Shown: in pieces, positions 9,452-19,781 of the stretch
How the letters are laid out: each line of letters starts with the position of its first letter
Position numbering within the stretch: position 1 is the stretch's first letter
DNA from: a virus
Strand: one strand, 5' to 3'
IMG/VR virus record: IMGVR_UViG_3300030116_003627
Coordinates: 4,240-68,239 of that record
Length of the DNA stretch: 64,000 nt
The notes under the pieces: model-generated
What the model was told of the DNA's origin: nothing
What the model saw: the letters and a program-made list of their open reading frames with translations, nothing else
The model's database searches: none
Translations under genes and position numbers: made by a program

Positions 9452-10831
9452 TTAAAACTGCACAATCACTTTTACGTCTTCAGTACCAAGTGTGGTTCTG
9501 GTAACTGGCGCTCTGTTTTCAATATATAGTACCTGACCACTGAAAGGATCAACTTCACCATCAGAGTCAGAAACAAAACCGGCCTCGTTAGAAGCATTGC
9601 TAGAATCTTGAATGCTTGTATCAGAAGCAGTAAACTGAATAAATCCAGTATTTTCATTTTGATGGTAAGAAATAATTCTATCATTAGAAGAACTTACTTT
9701 ATCTACAAATGCTTTTGCACCTGTAGTTTGACCAACAATAGTTTGGTCAGCTGCAATGCCACTAGTAGAATCATCAAGTGTAAGAATTCTAAGAGCAGAA
9801 CCTGTAGTAGCAGTAAAGTCAGAATCAACAGCAGACCGACTATTAGGAACTTTTGGATCACGAATCAGACCAACTTGTCTAAAGTCTTGATTAACTAAGA
9901 AATCACCTGCGCCTGCCTCACCAACAATCTTAGCATTGAACATTACTGCTCTTGCTCTAAGATCATCTCTAGGGTCTGCACCCATACCATTTTTGGCAAT
10001 GATAGGTCTAATGATAGCACCTGATCCACTATCCACACCCGTCACGACAACGTTAGCATAATCGTATCCAGCACCAAATGGAATACCGCCAGCAGAATCG
10101 TCTACTTCTGCCTTTACAATAACTCCACCACTAACAGTAGCAATTGCTCTTGCAGAACTACCATTACCTTTTACTGCAAGGGTTGCTCCACTATTGTAAC
10201 TTGTACCACCGTCAATAATTTTATATCCGATAATTTCACCGGGGACAGCTGCATTTTGTACGTCTTGCTGTGACTGCTGAATATTTGTAAGAGTACCACT
10301 ATCAATAAGTTGTACAGGAATAAAGTTTGCAGAACCAAACTTACTCAGACTAATAGCAGAGTGTGTATAGAGATATTTCCAAATATATCCATCTGCTGTT
10401 GCTTTTGCTGATGTTGTAGTCAGTGTGGTATCTGGATCAATAGAAGATGGTACAGGCGTTCCGGTAGCTGATTTACCCTGTTGTAAGCAAATATACACTC
10501 TGTTAGAACTGGTTTGTACATAGTACTGTCCATTGGTATTAGTACCAGTTGCAGTCTTTTCATCACTGTAAGCCTGATAAATTGTACCAGAAGACCAGTT
10601 GTATCTTGGGATGACATAAGACACATCAGTAGTTTTGATCACTGACTGAAGGTTAGTTCTAAACTGCCTTTCTTCCCGCTCAGTGTTAACAGGGGCAGGA
10701 GCTGCATCAGTTGCATTCCACTGATCAGACTTTGCAATACCAATATAATAATTTGTCCCAGAATCATTCAAATCAGTGATTAATTCTTGGACAAGATTCT
10801 TTTTAAAATCATCAGTTACGATAGCTACCAT
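9452..10831 (-). CDS. gp8: Baseplate wedge subunit gp8
   Basis: VIPRYNWSSG, VYICL, DGYIWKYLY, DFRQVGLIRDP, SGQVLYIENR, EDVKVIVQF. Confidence 0.9.
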   Translation of the reverse strand: MVAIVTDDFKKNLVQELITDLNDSGTNYYIGIAKSDQWNATDAAPAPVNTEREERQFRTNLQSVIKTTDVSYVIPRYNWSSGTIYQAYSDEKTATGTNTNGQYYVQTSSNRVYICLQQGKSATGTPVPSSIDPDTTLTTTSAKATADGYIWKYLYTHSAISLSKFGSANFIPVQLIDSGTLTNIQQSQQDVQNAAVPGEIIGYKIIDGGTSYNSGATLAVKGNGSSARAIATVSGGVIVKAEVDDSAGGIPFGAGYDYANVVVTGVDSGSGAIIRPIIAKNGMGADPRDDLRARAVMFNAKIVGEAGAGDFLVNQDFRQVGLIRDPKVPNSRSAVDSDFTATTGSALRILTLDDSTSGIAADQTIVGQTTGAKAFVDKVSSSNDRIISYHQNENTGFIQFTASDTSIQDSSNASNEAGFVSDSDGEVDPFSGQVLYIENRAPVTRTTLGTEDVKVIVQF

Positions 10832-10845
10832 TTGTTTACCTTATC

Positions 10846-11901
10846 TTATGTGATTGCCACATGTCTGTCTGAGTCTCTGTCAAGGTTCCATCTGTCACCG
10901 TCAAAGACCATTTCAAAGAATGCGTTACCTGTTAATACAATATTACCAGTACCAGCGTCTGGATGACCAAGATATGTAGAACCTACCTGAAGTGTTACTT
11001 CGTTAGCACCACTTTTGTTTACAATCTTTTTAATCTCACCAGCATCAAAACCTGTATTAAAGAAGTTATATGCAGTAGTTGTACTTACGTTAATAATATA
11101 CATTGCTTTATCAGAATCAAATGTAGCACCAGATGAATCTAATGTTTGTGTGGAGTATTTAATTCTACCACCAACTTCAATAACACCACTATTCTTTGGT
11201 GCAATCTTAATACCAACATTAGTATCTGTACCATCTGCTCCAATAGTTGGAGATGCAGTAGATGCTTCTGCTGTAACTTTTAAGTAGTTATTTGGAGTGC
11301 CGCTAGTGGTAAGTTGAATGATTTCATTATCCGCAGAGTCACGAATAATTGTATTCATCTTTGGTTGGTTCAGTGTCAAACTATTCAGTGTTGCATTTGT
11401 AGTAATACTATAGTTACCAGTTGTTAATGTATCACTATCAATTACTTTAGAGTAGTTTGTACCATTAGAGTAGAAAGCTTTGTTGCTTTGACCATCATGT
11501 AAAATAACACCCTTATACACAGAAGCAGTTGGAAATGCGCCTGTACTATCATAGTTGTTATTAAACAATGCTCTAGCAGCTGTAGCACCATCTGCTAAGT
11601 CAACTGATTTTCTAGATGATCCTTCAATAACTACAATCTCACCGTCTTTATTGGGGAGATTAACTGTTCTACCAGCTGCATCAGGATTTAAGAACCCAAG
11701 AGTAGTGGTATGGTTAGAGTCATCAGTAAAGATAATACCAGTGCTATCAAAGGTAATGTCATTTCCTAATACAGTGCTATCACCACCTAGTGCAGTGTAA
11801 AGTTCTGTAAAGTTTTCATTAATTTTGGTTGCAGCCGACCGTAAGGTATCACCTGTACCATCATTTGCTGCCGTACCTTTAGAAATATTTTGTCTTGCCA
11901 T
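10846..11901 (-). CDS. Baseplate wedge / tail fibre connector, gp9/gp10-type N-terminus
   Basis: MARQNI..GTAANDGTGDTLRSAATKINENFTELY. Confidence 0.8.
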   Translation of the reverse strand: MARQNISKGTAANDGTGDTLRSAATKINENFTELYTALGGDSTVLGNDITFDSTGIIFTDDSNHTTTLGFLNPDAAGRTVNLPNKDGEIVVIEGSSRKSVDLADGATAARALFNNNYDSTGAFPTASVYKGVILHDGQSNKAFYSNGTNYSKVIDSDTLTTGNYSITTNATLNSLTLNQPKMNTIIRDSADNEIIQLTTSGTPNNYLKVTAEASTASPTIGADGTDTNVGIKIAPKNSGVIEVGGRIKYSTQTLDSSGATFDSDKAMYIINVSTTTAYNFFNTGFDAGEIKKIVNKSGANEVTLQVGSTYLGHPDAGTGNIVLTGNAFFEMVFDGDRWNLDRDSDRHVAIT

Positions 11902-11929
11902 GTTACCTACTCATTGAGTGAATTAGTAA

Positions 11930-11937
11930 TATTTATA
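11930..11937 (-). promoter_or_regulatory. T4-type late promoter (TATAAATA)
   Basis: Exact TATAAATA in the intergenic gap upstream of the gp9-like gene. Confidence 0.8.
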
Positions 11938-11945
11938 TCAAATTA

Positions 11946-12914
11946 TTAAGGTGTATCTGCACCAACGCTATCATAGAATGGGAAAATATCTTCATCCATT
12001 GTCTGAATAGTGTCGGACATAAGAATTCTTGTAAGACCAGAACCAGCAGAATCTGCCGAGTCATCAAAGGTGGGTGAGTTAGTATTTAGAATATCTTTGA
12101 TAGACTTGTATTGTGCATACGAACTATCAAGACCACCTATAGAGTCATTGTAGAAGTGAATGTCTCTACCTACATAATATCTAGCGGTTTCAGAACTATC
12201 AATACCTGTAAGACTGATAGTTGGAGAAAGAGAAAAGTCTGCAATCTCTTGTACAATTACTGTGTTAATATCACTGTCAACTGCCGACAATGGCATAGTT
12301 GCTGCTAATTCTGAATTGTTTGCCAAAAGTTCAAACAATGTTTCACTGAAAATAGCAAAACCAGCCGGATGAATATATTGTTTATAGAAAGCAAACCACT
12401 GGTCAGCAGGAACATTTGTTCTCAAAAGAATAGAGTATACTTGATAGAAGTAAGAGTCCTGAATAAATCTAAGAGATTCTGCTCCTACTTCTGACTGACC
12501 AACAATAAACATAGAGTTTCTAGGAAGAACCTGCTCAACATCAGTACCAAAGAAAAATCTAAAGAAACCTTCTACAGATACTTTTGAACCTTTACCATTC
12601 AAAAATCCCGGTATCTGTAAGAAAGCGTATCTTGGCGATGGAAATGTATCACCAGAAATGCCGGGAACACGTTCTTCAAACATTGTTGCAAGAAACTCAT
12701 CTGGCGTAGAGCCCGGGTCTTTAATTGTAAATAAATTTTTCAGATTGTGTGTTGGTTGACCATCACTATCCAAATAGTCGTAATATGCTTCTAAAAAATC
12801 AATTAATTTTGGATACTGTTCCTTGAAATGTTCAGGCACAACTGTATTGATTTGAGACTCATACATATTTGCATTAAGTCTATTAAAGTCAGTTGTGGTT
12901 CTTACATTACTCAT
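11946..12914 (-). CDS. Baseplate wedge initiator, short gp7-like
   Basis: PEHFKEQYPKLIDFLEAYYDYL, KGS, QDSYFYQVYS, HPAGF; position directly after gp6. Confidence 0.75.
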   Translation of the reverse strand: MSNVRTTTDFNRLNANMYESQINTVVPEHFKEQYPKLIDFLEAYYDYLDSDGQPTHNLKNLFTIKDPGSTPDEFLATMFEERVPGISGDTFPSPRYAFLQIPGFLNGKGSKVSVEGFFRFFFGTDVEQVLPRNSMFIVGQSEVGAESLRFIQDSYFYQVYSILLRTNVPADQWFAFYKQYIHPAGFAIFSETLFELLANNSELAATMPLSAVDSDINTVIVQEIADFSLSPTISLTGIDSSETARYYVGRDIHFYNDSIGGLDSSYAQYKSIKDILNTNSPTFDDSADSAGSGLTRILMSDTIQTMDEDIFPFYDSVGADTP

Positions 12915-12915
12915 T

Positions 12916-14799
12916 TTAGTTTGTCACACCCGTAACAGAAGTAGCAGCATCAATATCTGGAACACCAGTAACCAAATTATCGCCTAATTCAATCAGTGTA
13001 TTTCTCAAAGGCTTAAAGTTTGTATCATCAGCAGGGATAGCTTTGATTTGTAAGTAAGTATTGCCAGAAACAATAGTTTGTGGTAAGAACCCGACAAGAT
13101 TAACTTTTCCTGTAGTTGGTTCATAATTACCAACGTTACCAACAATTACGTTTGCATCACCATCAATAATTTGTAATGTTGTAGAATGTAAAGGTGCATT
13201 TCTGATAGTACACTGTAAGTTATTAAAAGTAAACTTTTCACTAGTAATTGTAGGAGTGTCCATCTGTGGTGCTTGTATACTGTTCAGGAAGTTAATAGTA
13301 TAATCGGAACGAACAAAGTTTCCTGTTGTAGCATTAACAACCGGAGTAAATCTTGCTTTCATATTAATAGCAAGTTTAGTTCCAAGAATAGATGGATCAG
13401 CACCATCAATAGCAGCTGCAACCTTTGACTTATGGATTACATCATTAAACTTTCCTGCATTGGTAGCAAAATATGATTGTACAAAACTTCTAATTTTATT
13501 TTCAATTGCTTGTCTAGTTAAGTTAGTCAAACCAGCATTATATCTAAATGTTGTACTTACGTCAAGGTAAATAAATGTTGGGTCAACAAATTCAGTTTCA
13601 ACACCAATAACAGATAGTGGATTTGTAAGATTTTGAATAATAATTGCTTCTGTAGCAACTTTTTGTGCAGCTGTTAATGTATCTTCATAGACTAGAGATA
13701 CTAAGACTTTACCATATTTGGCAGGAACATTGTCTTCTCCACCCCATGCGTTGATAGACTTAATACCCGGAACACCGTTAGCAATAATACCGAGATAGTC
13801 ACCGGCTGCAACAAATCTGTTCTGTGCAAGATAAGACAATGGTGCATTAATACGAATAGATTCTGTACCTTCTTTGTCAGCACCAAAAGAAGACTTTGCA
13901 AAAGTTACTGCGTTAAGTGTGTAAGATACATTGTTCACACTTAGTGTAGATGATGGTGTAAAGACAGAGGCACCATTTGCATCAAGTCCATTTGTTCTCA
14001 GGTATGTAATACGAATAACCTGACCGTTAGTTGGGTTTACACCTGTAACACCACCAACACCAAAATTGAATTCCCAATAACCATTATATGTTTCCAAAGG
14101 CAGATATAACGCAGTAGTAGAAGACACAGTAGCAATAATGTTACCACTTGTCGTAGCGTTTGCACTAAAATAAGTGGTGAAGTTATCAGAGTTAACATCA
14201 TCATATACTTGTACACCTACTGTACCCAAGTCCAAGTCTTGATCAGGTACAACATAAACCTGTCTATCACCAGTGATTTCTGCAATAAATGTTTTTACAG
14301 TCAGTTCACCTTCAAACACAGTAATGTATGGATTACCAAGTTGATCTACAAATGTGTAGATACCTGTACCTGTTGTATCATATCCTGTATACTCAAGAAG
14401 TGTTCTAAATGTATAACTTACGCCATCAACAGAAGCAGTGAATGCTGTACCAGCTGGAAGTGTTACAGTTGCTGGTCTGGATGCAGCATTAGATAAGTTA
14501 ACAGAAACAGTAAGTTGTGCACGGGATGCAGTCTTTGATCTTGGAATATATCCAAAAGAAAGTGACTGGTTTACCAAAGACGTTCTGAGCTGTGCCGTAG
14601 GCAAGAATGCTTCATTCAATGCAAAGTTTGCCAGCAATCCATTTAAGTGTGTGTTATATGCTAACACATCCATAATGTTAGATAGGGCAGAACCTTCAAA
14701 ATCATAATCTGAAAACTCTGATTTTGATTTAAAATAATTTGTCAGAGATGTTTTGATATCATCAAAATTCAAATCTGATGGTGTAATAGTGGTTGCCAT
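12916..14799 (-). CDS. gp6: Baseplate wedge subunit gp6
   Basis: LNFDDIK..L..Y, FSDYDFEGSALS..MDVLAYNTH, AQNRFV..DY, WGGEDN.P..YGKV. Confidence 0.95.
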   Translation of the reverse strand: MATTITPSDLNFDDIKTSLTNYFKSKSEFSDYDFEGSALSNIMDVLAYNTHLNGLLANFALNEAFLPTAQLRTSLVNQSLSFGYIPRSKTASRAQLTVSVNLSNAASRPATVTLPAGTAFTASVDGVSYTFRTLLEYTGYDTTGTGIYTFVDQLGNPYITVFEGELTVKTFIAEITGDRQVYVVPDQDLDLGTVGVQVYDDVNSDNFTTYFSANATTSGNIIATVSSTTALYLPLETYNGYWEFNFGVGGVTGVNPTNGQVIRITYLRTNGLDANGASVFTPSSTLSVNNVSYTLNAVTFAKSSFGADKEGTESIRINAPLSYLAQNRFVAAGDYLGIIANGVPGIKSINAWGGEDNVPAKYGKVLVSLVYEDTLTAAQKVATEAIIIQNLTNPLSVIGVETEFVDPTFIYLDVSTTFRYNAGLTNLTRQAIENKIRSFVQSYFATNAGKFNDVIHKSKVAAAIDGADPSILGTKLAINMKARFTPVVNATTGNFVRSDYTINFLNSIQAPQMDTPTITSEKFTFNNLQCTIRNAPLHSTTLQIIDGDANVIVGNVGNYEPTTGKVNLVGFLPQTIVSGNTYLQIKAIPADDTNFKPLRNTLIELGDNLVTGVPDIDAATSVTGVTN

Positions 14800-14801
14800 T
14801 C

Positions 14802-15284
14802 TTATCTAATCCTTGATATATTAGTCTCTAGTACTACAGTCTCTTCTGTGTTGACAATCTGAAACTCTACTATGACAGATAGGTAATTTCTATCCAAAAA
14901 GAGTTGCTGTTTATCAAGTGCATCATTATCAGCATCATTAACAATAACATTCAACACTTTTGCTCTTGGTTCATAAGTATCAATAGCATCAATAACAGCT
15001 TGTGCAATAAAAAATTCATTTTCTTGAGCAGTGAAGTTATCAAATAATTTTGATCTTAAATCTGCCCCTAACAATGGTTGGAAAGGTCTTTCGCCATAAT
15101 TAGTCTGCAAGATAGTCTTTACAGATTGCTTGACAGCAGCTGCATCAGTCTTTTTAAATACATCACCAGTAGTTCTAGCAGTGAAAGTTAAATCCAAATC
15201 ACTGTAATCTCTAGACTTAGTAGAGATAATAGACCTTAACTGTTGATTACCATCTTCAATTGAAAATGCTTTTGATACTGCCAT
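14802..15284 (-). CDS. gp25: Baseplate wedge subunit gp25
   Basis: YSDLDLTF, AVKQSVK.IL.T..GERPFQP.LG, YEPRA. Confidence 0.95.
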   Translation of the reverse strand: MAVSKAFSIEDGNQQLRSIISTKSRDYSDLDLTFTARTTGDVFKKTDAAAVKQSVKTILQTNYGERPFQPLLGADLRSKLFDNFTAQENEFFIAQAVIDAIDTYEPRAKVLNVIVNDADNDALDKQQLFLDRNYLSVIVEFQIVNTEETVVLETNISRIR

Positions 15285-15312
15285 TTGTCAACTTTTCTTG
15301 TTAGATTATAAT

Positions 15313-16224
15313 TTATTTATAACTAAAATGCATCAATCCATCAGTAACATATAGATTGAAGTTAAAATCAGTTTGAACTTCTCTTTTAAAATCACCTCTA
15401 TAAAACGAATCTACAATAGGCATGATCACTGTAATTTCTGTGTGATAAGGCTTACGAATTTCAATAAGACCGGGATCACCGGGATCAACACTCTTCTCAA
15501 AAGAACCATGCTTAACAATTGCCCTAGTCGGTTCTAGTGTATCATAGTGAAGAATCATATTTTGGAATAGATGATTATCTTTCCAATAATTTGCTAACTC
15601 AAATGTCTTATATGGATCAACTCTACCATTTGCATCTAAGACTTCATATACAACTGCCCGACCTTTAGACTGTAAATCTCTAACACTTCCTTCCAGCATA
15701 ACTTCACCAGAGAATGGTTTGATCAAACCTTCAGAAATAATTAAACTATGCTTATCAAATCTTTTATTGTTTCTAAAACCTTGGATCAAAGGAACATGAC
15801 AATAAAATTGTTTAGCAATTTCTCTTCTCTTTCCTTGGCCCAAATGGTTCATTGTAGTTCTTGCCCCATGACCATTTGTAAACATAGCAAGAGGGATACC
15901 TTTACCCAATTTAGAACCAACACTTACTTTGTCTAGTTTGACAGGATCATAAAGTGGATCAGGTAAAATTCTTTGTGTTCCTAAATTCTCTCTATACCTT
16001 CTAACAGACTGACTTTTGATAAGAGAGTCTTTGGAATACTTTGCTCCTGCTGTTGATCCATAATAAGTTCTATACTTTTTAGGAATAGGAATAAAATAAT
16101 CAAGTCCTATTTTATTTGCAACATATGCAGTTCCAATCAGAGCTCCATTAACTCTGTTGTTTGGATTTCTCATCAAACTTCTGATTTCTCTAGGAGATAA
16201 ATCTAAAACATTAAGTGTTGCCAT
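15313..16224 (-). CDS. Hypothetical protein between the gp5 C-terminal module and gp25
   Basis: 303-aa basic ORF in the operon; no recognised motif. Confidence 0.65.
   Translation of the reverse strand: MATLNVLDLSPREIRSLMRNPNNRVNGALIGTAYVANKIGLDYFIPIPKKYRTYYGSTAGAKYSKDSLIKSQSVRRYRENLGTQRILPDPLYDPVKLDKVSVGSKLGKGIPLAMFTNGHGARTTMNHLGQGKRREIAKQFYCHVPLIQGFRNNKRFDKHSLIISEGLIKPFSGEVMLEGSVRDLQSKGRAVVYEVLDANGRVDPYKTFELANYWKDNHLFQNMILHYDTLEPTRAIVKHGSFEKSVDPGDPGLIEIRKPYHTEITVIMPIVDSFYRGDFKREVQTDFNFNLYVTDGLMHFSYK
15314..15321 (-). promoter_or_regulatory. T4-type late promoter (TATAAATA)
   Basis: Exact motif about 30 nt upstream of gp25. Confidence 0.7.
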
Positions 16225-16227
16225 TTG

Positions 16228-17823
16228 TTAAATCCACCCTAACTTTTCGCCATTGTCATATGCATTAGACCACCCCTCATCTGACAAAGAGTGTGTTCCA
16301 CCTTTTTCATGATATGCCATAGCTTTAGCCAGATCAATTGTTCCTTGCTTAGTAGCCGTATAAAAACTAACATTTTTAGTTGTATCAATACCTTGAGCTC
16401 TCAGTTGTGTTAAGTATGCATCAACATTATTTCCACCCGACCAAGTAGCAATTGCTTCTGTGATAGGAACATTTCTGTAATATTTACCTTCTTTCAGTAG
16501 AGCCATCTGTGCAGATGCACCACCTTCAGCAGTTGTAAAGCCTTGGATTAAATGACCGTCTCCAATGACACCTGTACCTGTAGTACCATATTTTTCTTGC
16601 CATGAAGCCGGGTACAATCCACCGGGATTATTAAATCTTTCGGTTGCTGCACCGCCTTCTGGATTTGGTGGAACAGAGCCATAAATGTCTGGTCTATTTT
16701 TAACAGCATCAACACCAATATCACCGCCAACATTTGCAACAGAAATGCCGCCAGTTACAGTAGAGTTAAGTTTACCGTCATCAACATCTACATTACGAAT
16801 ACCAACAGTTCTTGTTTTTGTAAGTGCTTCTGTGAGATTTAATCTATTTGGTTCAGCAGTTGTAGTTGATGAAATCTCTGTGACACTTGGAGTTGGCGAT
16901 GCAAAATTTAAATCAGAATCAACATCACCAGCAATTATTGCAGAACTTGCAACTCCTAGTAAACCACCCTGCACATCACCCCTAAGATCACCGACAAATC
17001 CATCTGCTCTAATGGTTGTAGCGTCTATTGTATCTGTATGGAGTGATTTAGCATACATTACTACATTGTCACCGCCAATAGTACCAGAGTCACCTGCAAC
17101 GGCAACGTGTAACCCTGTCATTCTTGCATTGGTTGCAGACAAGTTCATATCATCTTCTGCTGTCATCCACAAATTATCTCCAGCCATAATATGCATATTA
17201 TCACCAGATGCAATCTTTGTTCTTTTACCAGAAGCAATGTAAGTATTTTTACCACTGGCTATGATACGATTTCCGACAACAATATCTGACCTAGTTCCTT
17301 TTGTTGTGACAATTCGGTCAGCTGTGTAGTTTTCTACTTTTGTCTGTCTGGTTTCTGTTACATTTCTACCGGCGCCATTCACTGTAAAGTTTGCACAGTT
17401 AATGTTGAAGTCACCTTCTACATTTAAATTAAGATTTCCTTTATAGGTAACATTACCATTGCCATTAACAATCATGGTGAAGTCATCACCTGTTAATTGC
17501 ACAGTCCTACCATGAGAGTTTACCAGTAATGTTCCGTCTGGATACATTTCAACGCCTGTTCCAGAGTTATGTGCATAAGACATTCTAGGCGCCTCTGGTG
17601 TATCATCAATCTCAATTCTATGTCCTGTAGGAGACTCTTCTACTTTATTGTAAGGATACTTCGGTTGGAAATCGGTTTTGATAAGTTCAGCACCAGCTGC
17701 GCCGTCTGGCAACTTTACATAAGGTTCCCATTCTTCTCTAGCAGCTTTGTTAGTTGTAGGTTTACCCTGATATTCTGGAAGTGGATATACCTCATCCGGG
17801 TCTTTAAAACCTTGCTCTGACAC
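16228..17823 (-). CDS. gp5-like C-terminal part (spike beta-helix) fused to an NNPG-type lysozyme-like domain
   Basis: GFKDP..YP, PKYPYNKV.ES..GH.IEIDDTP, H.SGT..EMYPDG, V.G repeats; C-terminal FNNPGGL...F.T...G...I..W. Confidence 0.8.
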   Translation of the reverse strand: MSEQGFKDPDEVYPLPEYQGKPTTNKAAREEWEPYVKLPDGAAGAELIKTDFQPKYPYNKVEESPTGHRIEIDDTPEAPRMSYAHNSGTGVEMYPDGTLLVNSHGRTVQLTGDDFTMIVNGNGNVTYKGNLNLNVEGDFNINCANFTVNGAGRNVTETRQTKVENYTADRIVTTKGTRSDIVVGNRIIASGKNTYIASGKRTKIASGDNMHIMAGDNLWMTAEDDMNLSATNARMTGLHVAVAGDSGTIGGDNVVMYAKSLHTDTIDATTIRADGFVGDLRGDVQGGLLGVASSAIIAGDVDSDLNFASPTPSVTEISSTTTAEPNRLNLTEALTKTRTVGIRNVDVDDGKLNSTVTGGISVANVGGDIGVDAVKNRPDIYGSVPPNPEGGAATERFNNPGGLYPASWQEKYGTTGTGVIGDGHLIQGFTTAEGGASAQMALLKEGKYYRNVPITEAIATWSGGNNVDAYLTQLRAQGIDTTKNVSFYTATKQGTIDLAKAMAYHEKGGTHSLSDEGWSNAYDNGEKLGWI

Positions 17824-18488
17824 TATCTAAACCCTCTATTTCTACTTTCACTAATAAGTGCATTCACATCTAAAGAACCCTTTTCTCTTGCAGTAATATT
17901 TCTTAATGTATTTCTTTTATTAAAAATATTTTCTGCATATTTTACTACATCAAATCCGGGATCAACTGCATTAAGATTTATATCAGAATGTCCAAATGCT
18001 TGTCCACCGGGCAATACAGAATAAAAACATGCCATAAACTTTCTAAAAGTTCTCCACTGTGCACCAGATGAGGTATCAATATCTTGAACACCGTCATTTA
18101 ATCCACCCACAAAAGCAATACTGATACTATGGGGAATGTGATTTTCTACAGAAGTATGAGATGTTTCTTCATTGATAGACTTATTAATTTGTATTCTGCC
18201 ATCTCTCAATAATAAAAAGTGATAGTTTACATCACTAAGCCCATATTCTAAACTATACCAATTTAATAATTCATCTCTAGTAAAGTTTTGTCTATAGTCT
18301 GTAGAAGTATGATACACGACAACCTCTGTGTATTCCCTTCTGGATGATCTTAAGTATGACTCAAGCTCTTCAGCAGTTTCAATATAGTCACCAACTTGTG
18401 CAGTTAAAGCATCAAAAATAGTTGTTCTGTCATCACCTAAGTTTTCAGAACCAGATGTATCTTTAATATCAGGATTAATAACAGACAT
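17823..18488 (-). CDS. N-acetylmuramoyl-L-alanine amidase (T7 lysozyme/Amidase_2-like)
   Basis: VVYHTST, YHFLL.RDG, SISIAFVGG, FGHSD, DPGFDV. Confidence 0.85.
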   Translation of the reverse strand: MSVINPDIKDTSGSENLGDDRTTIFDALTAQVGDYIETAEELESYLRSSRREYTEVVVYHTSTDYRQNFTRDELLNWYSLEYGLSDVNYHFLLLRDGRIQINKSINEETSHTSVENHIPHSISIAFVGGLNDGVQDIDTSSGAQWRTFRKFMACFYSVLPGGQAFGHSDINLNAVDPGFDVVKYAENIFNKRNTLRNITAREKGSLDVNALISESRNRGFR

Positions 18489-19406
18489 TTATTCTCCTGT
18501 GTATCCACTTATGTAATTAGGAATTTTTTCACCTCTAGTAAAAACAAATCCGCCAGAAGCTGTCCTGACAGGATTGCCACTAACTGCTGATCTAACATAG
18601 TTTTTATAATAACCATCAGCAAACCTATTTAGTTCAAACCCTTTAGCTTTACACTCATTAACTACAGAGTTATTTGGATCAGCAGGCTTCTTAGATGTAT
18701 TAGAAATTCTTACCTGTTGCCCCTTATGATATTCAATAGCGTTGGGTTTTCCATAAATTAGTTCTAAATCATTTTTATATGATCCTGTAGGGCCGGGAGT
18801 TTCTGTCAAATCTTTTTCTGTAGTCAGAGTTTCTACTTTTTTATTCTCAGCGTCAAGATATGTTCCTGATTTTGCCATAGCAGCGCCGGGGTCAACACCG
18901 CCGGGCGTTAAATCCTTATCTGAACCAGTTTGGTCCATTCCAGAATATCCACCACTAAAATTTGTACCATATTTTTCTTGATTAGGCCCAATTGGAATTT
19001 CATCCTCTTCAAAGTATTCTTCATCATACCAGTCCATAGGGACTTCTTCATCTTGATTAAACTCGTAAACATCACCGTCTTCAGGAACAAACTGATCAAG
19101 AAAATCTTGTAGTGTGTCTTCATTACCAAATGTATCTGGAAAAAGTTCACCATCACCCGGACCATAAAACTCACCTTCTAATTCTTCCCGAAACGACTCT
19201 TTGGGCAATAAGTTTAATGGTGGGTTTGTCCAATATTCAGGCGGTGTAATGAAAGCACCGCCTTCTGGTCCAAAATAGTCATATGGAGTTAACGCAGGGC
19301 CAGGAAATCCAGATATTCCTTCAACCCCTAGAATTTCACTGAGTGCTTGCTGATAGGTTGTAGGAGCAGATTGATTTAAACCTTCACTTTGTCCGTTTGA
19401 TGCCAT
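18489..19406 (-). CDS. Acidic, Pro/Gly-rich hypothetical protein within the gp5 locus
   Basis: 305-aa ORF with a very acidic central part; coupled to its neighbours. Confidence 0.6.
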   Translation of the reverse strand: MASNGQSEGLNQSAPTTYQQALSEILGVEGISGFPGPALTPYDYFGPEGGAFITPPEYWTNPPLNLLPKESFREELEGEFYGPGDGELFPDTFGNEDTLQDFLDQFVPEDGDVYEFNQDEEVPMDWYDEEYFEEDEIPIGPNQEKYGTNFSGGYSGMDQTGSDKDLTPGGVDPGAAMAKSGTYLDAENKKVETLTTEKDLTETPGPTGSYKNDLELIYGKPNAIEYHKGQQVRISNTSKKPADPNNSVVNECKAKGFELNRFADGYYKNYVRSAVSGNPVRTASGGFVFTRGEKIPNYISGYTGE

Positions 19407-19780
19407 TACTGCCCATTCCTTTCCAAAATATCATATGCAGTTTCTATTGTGTTTTGAAATCCTGCCTGTTCTTTCAAAATATATTTGTGAATTAATTCTG
19501 CCGCTTCTTCAACAGAACCAGCTTGTTTTAATTCAGACCCTTTTAAACTAGGATCATTATCTAACAATCTAAAAAGAAACTCTACTTGATTTTTAAAGTC
19601 ATCTCTATCTAGGTTATTCTGAAAACAATATAAATTGTATTTGACTAAGTTAATACCTGTAAATTTAAATACACCAAATTTCTCTTCTTCATAATCAAAA
19701 TTGCCATTAATAAAAGGGTCTAATTTATAGACTGGCAAATTACTTTTTAATTTTTTTGATGCATCTGATCTTTTAGCCAT
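19406..19780 (-). CDS. Small protein resembling the C-terminal half of phage tail lysozyme (Phage_lysozyme2)
   Basis: D..NQVEFL...L......LK.A.SVEEAA pattern; catalytic N-terminal motif not evident. Confidence 0.45.
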   Translation of the reverse strand: MAKRSDASKKLKSNLPVYKLDPFINGNFDYEEEKFGVFKFTGINLVKYNLYCFQNNLDRDDFKNQVEFLFRLLDNDPSLKGSELKQAGSVEEAAELIHKYILKEQAGFQNTIETAYDILERNGQ

Positions 19781-19781
19781 A

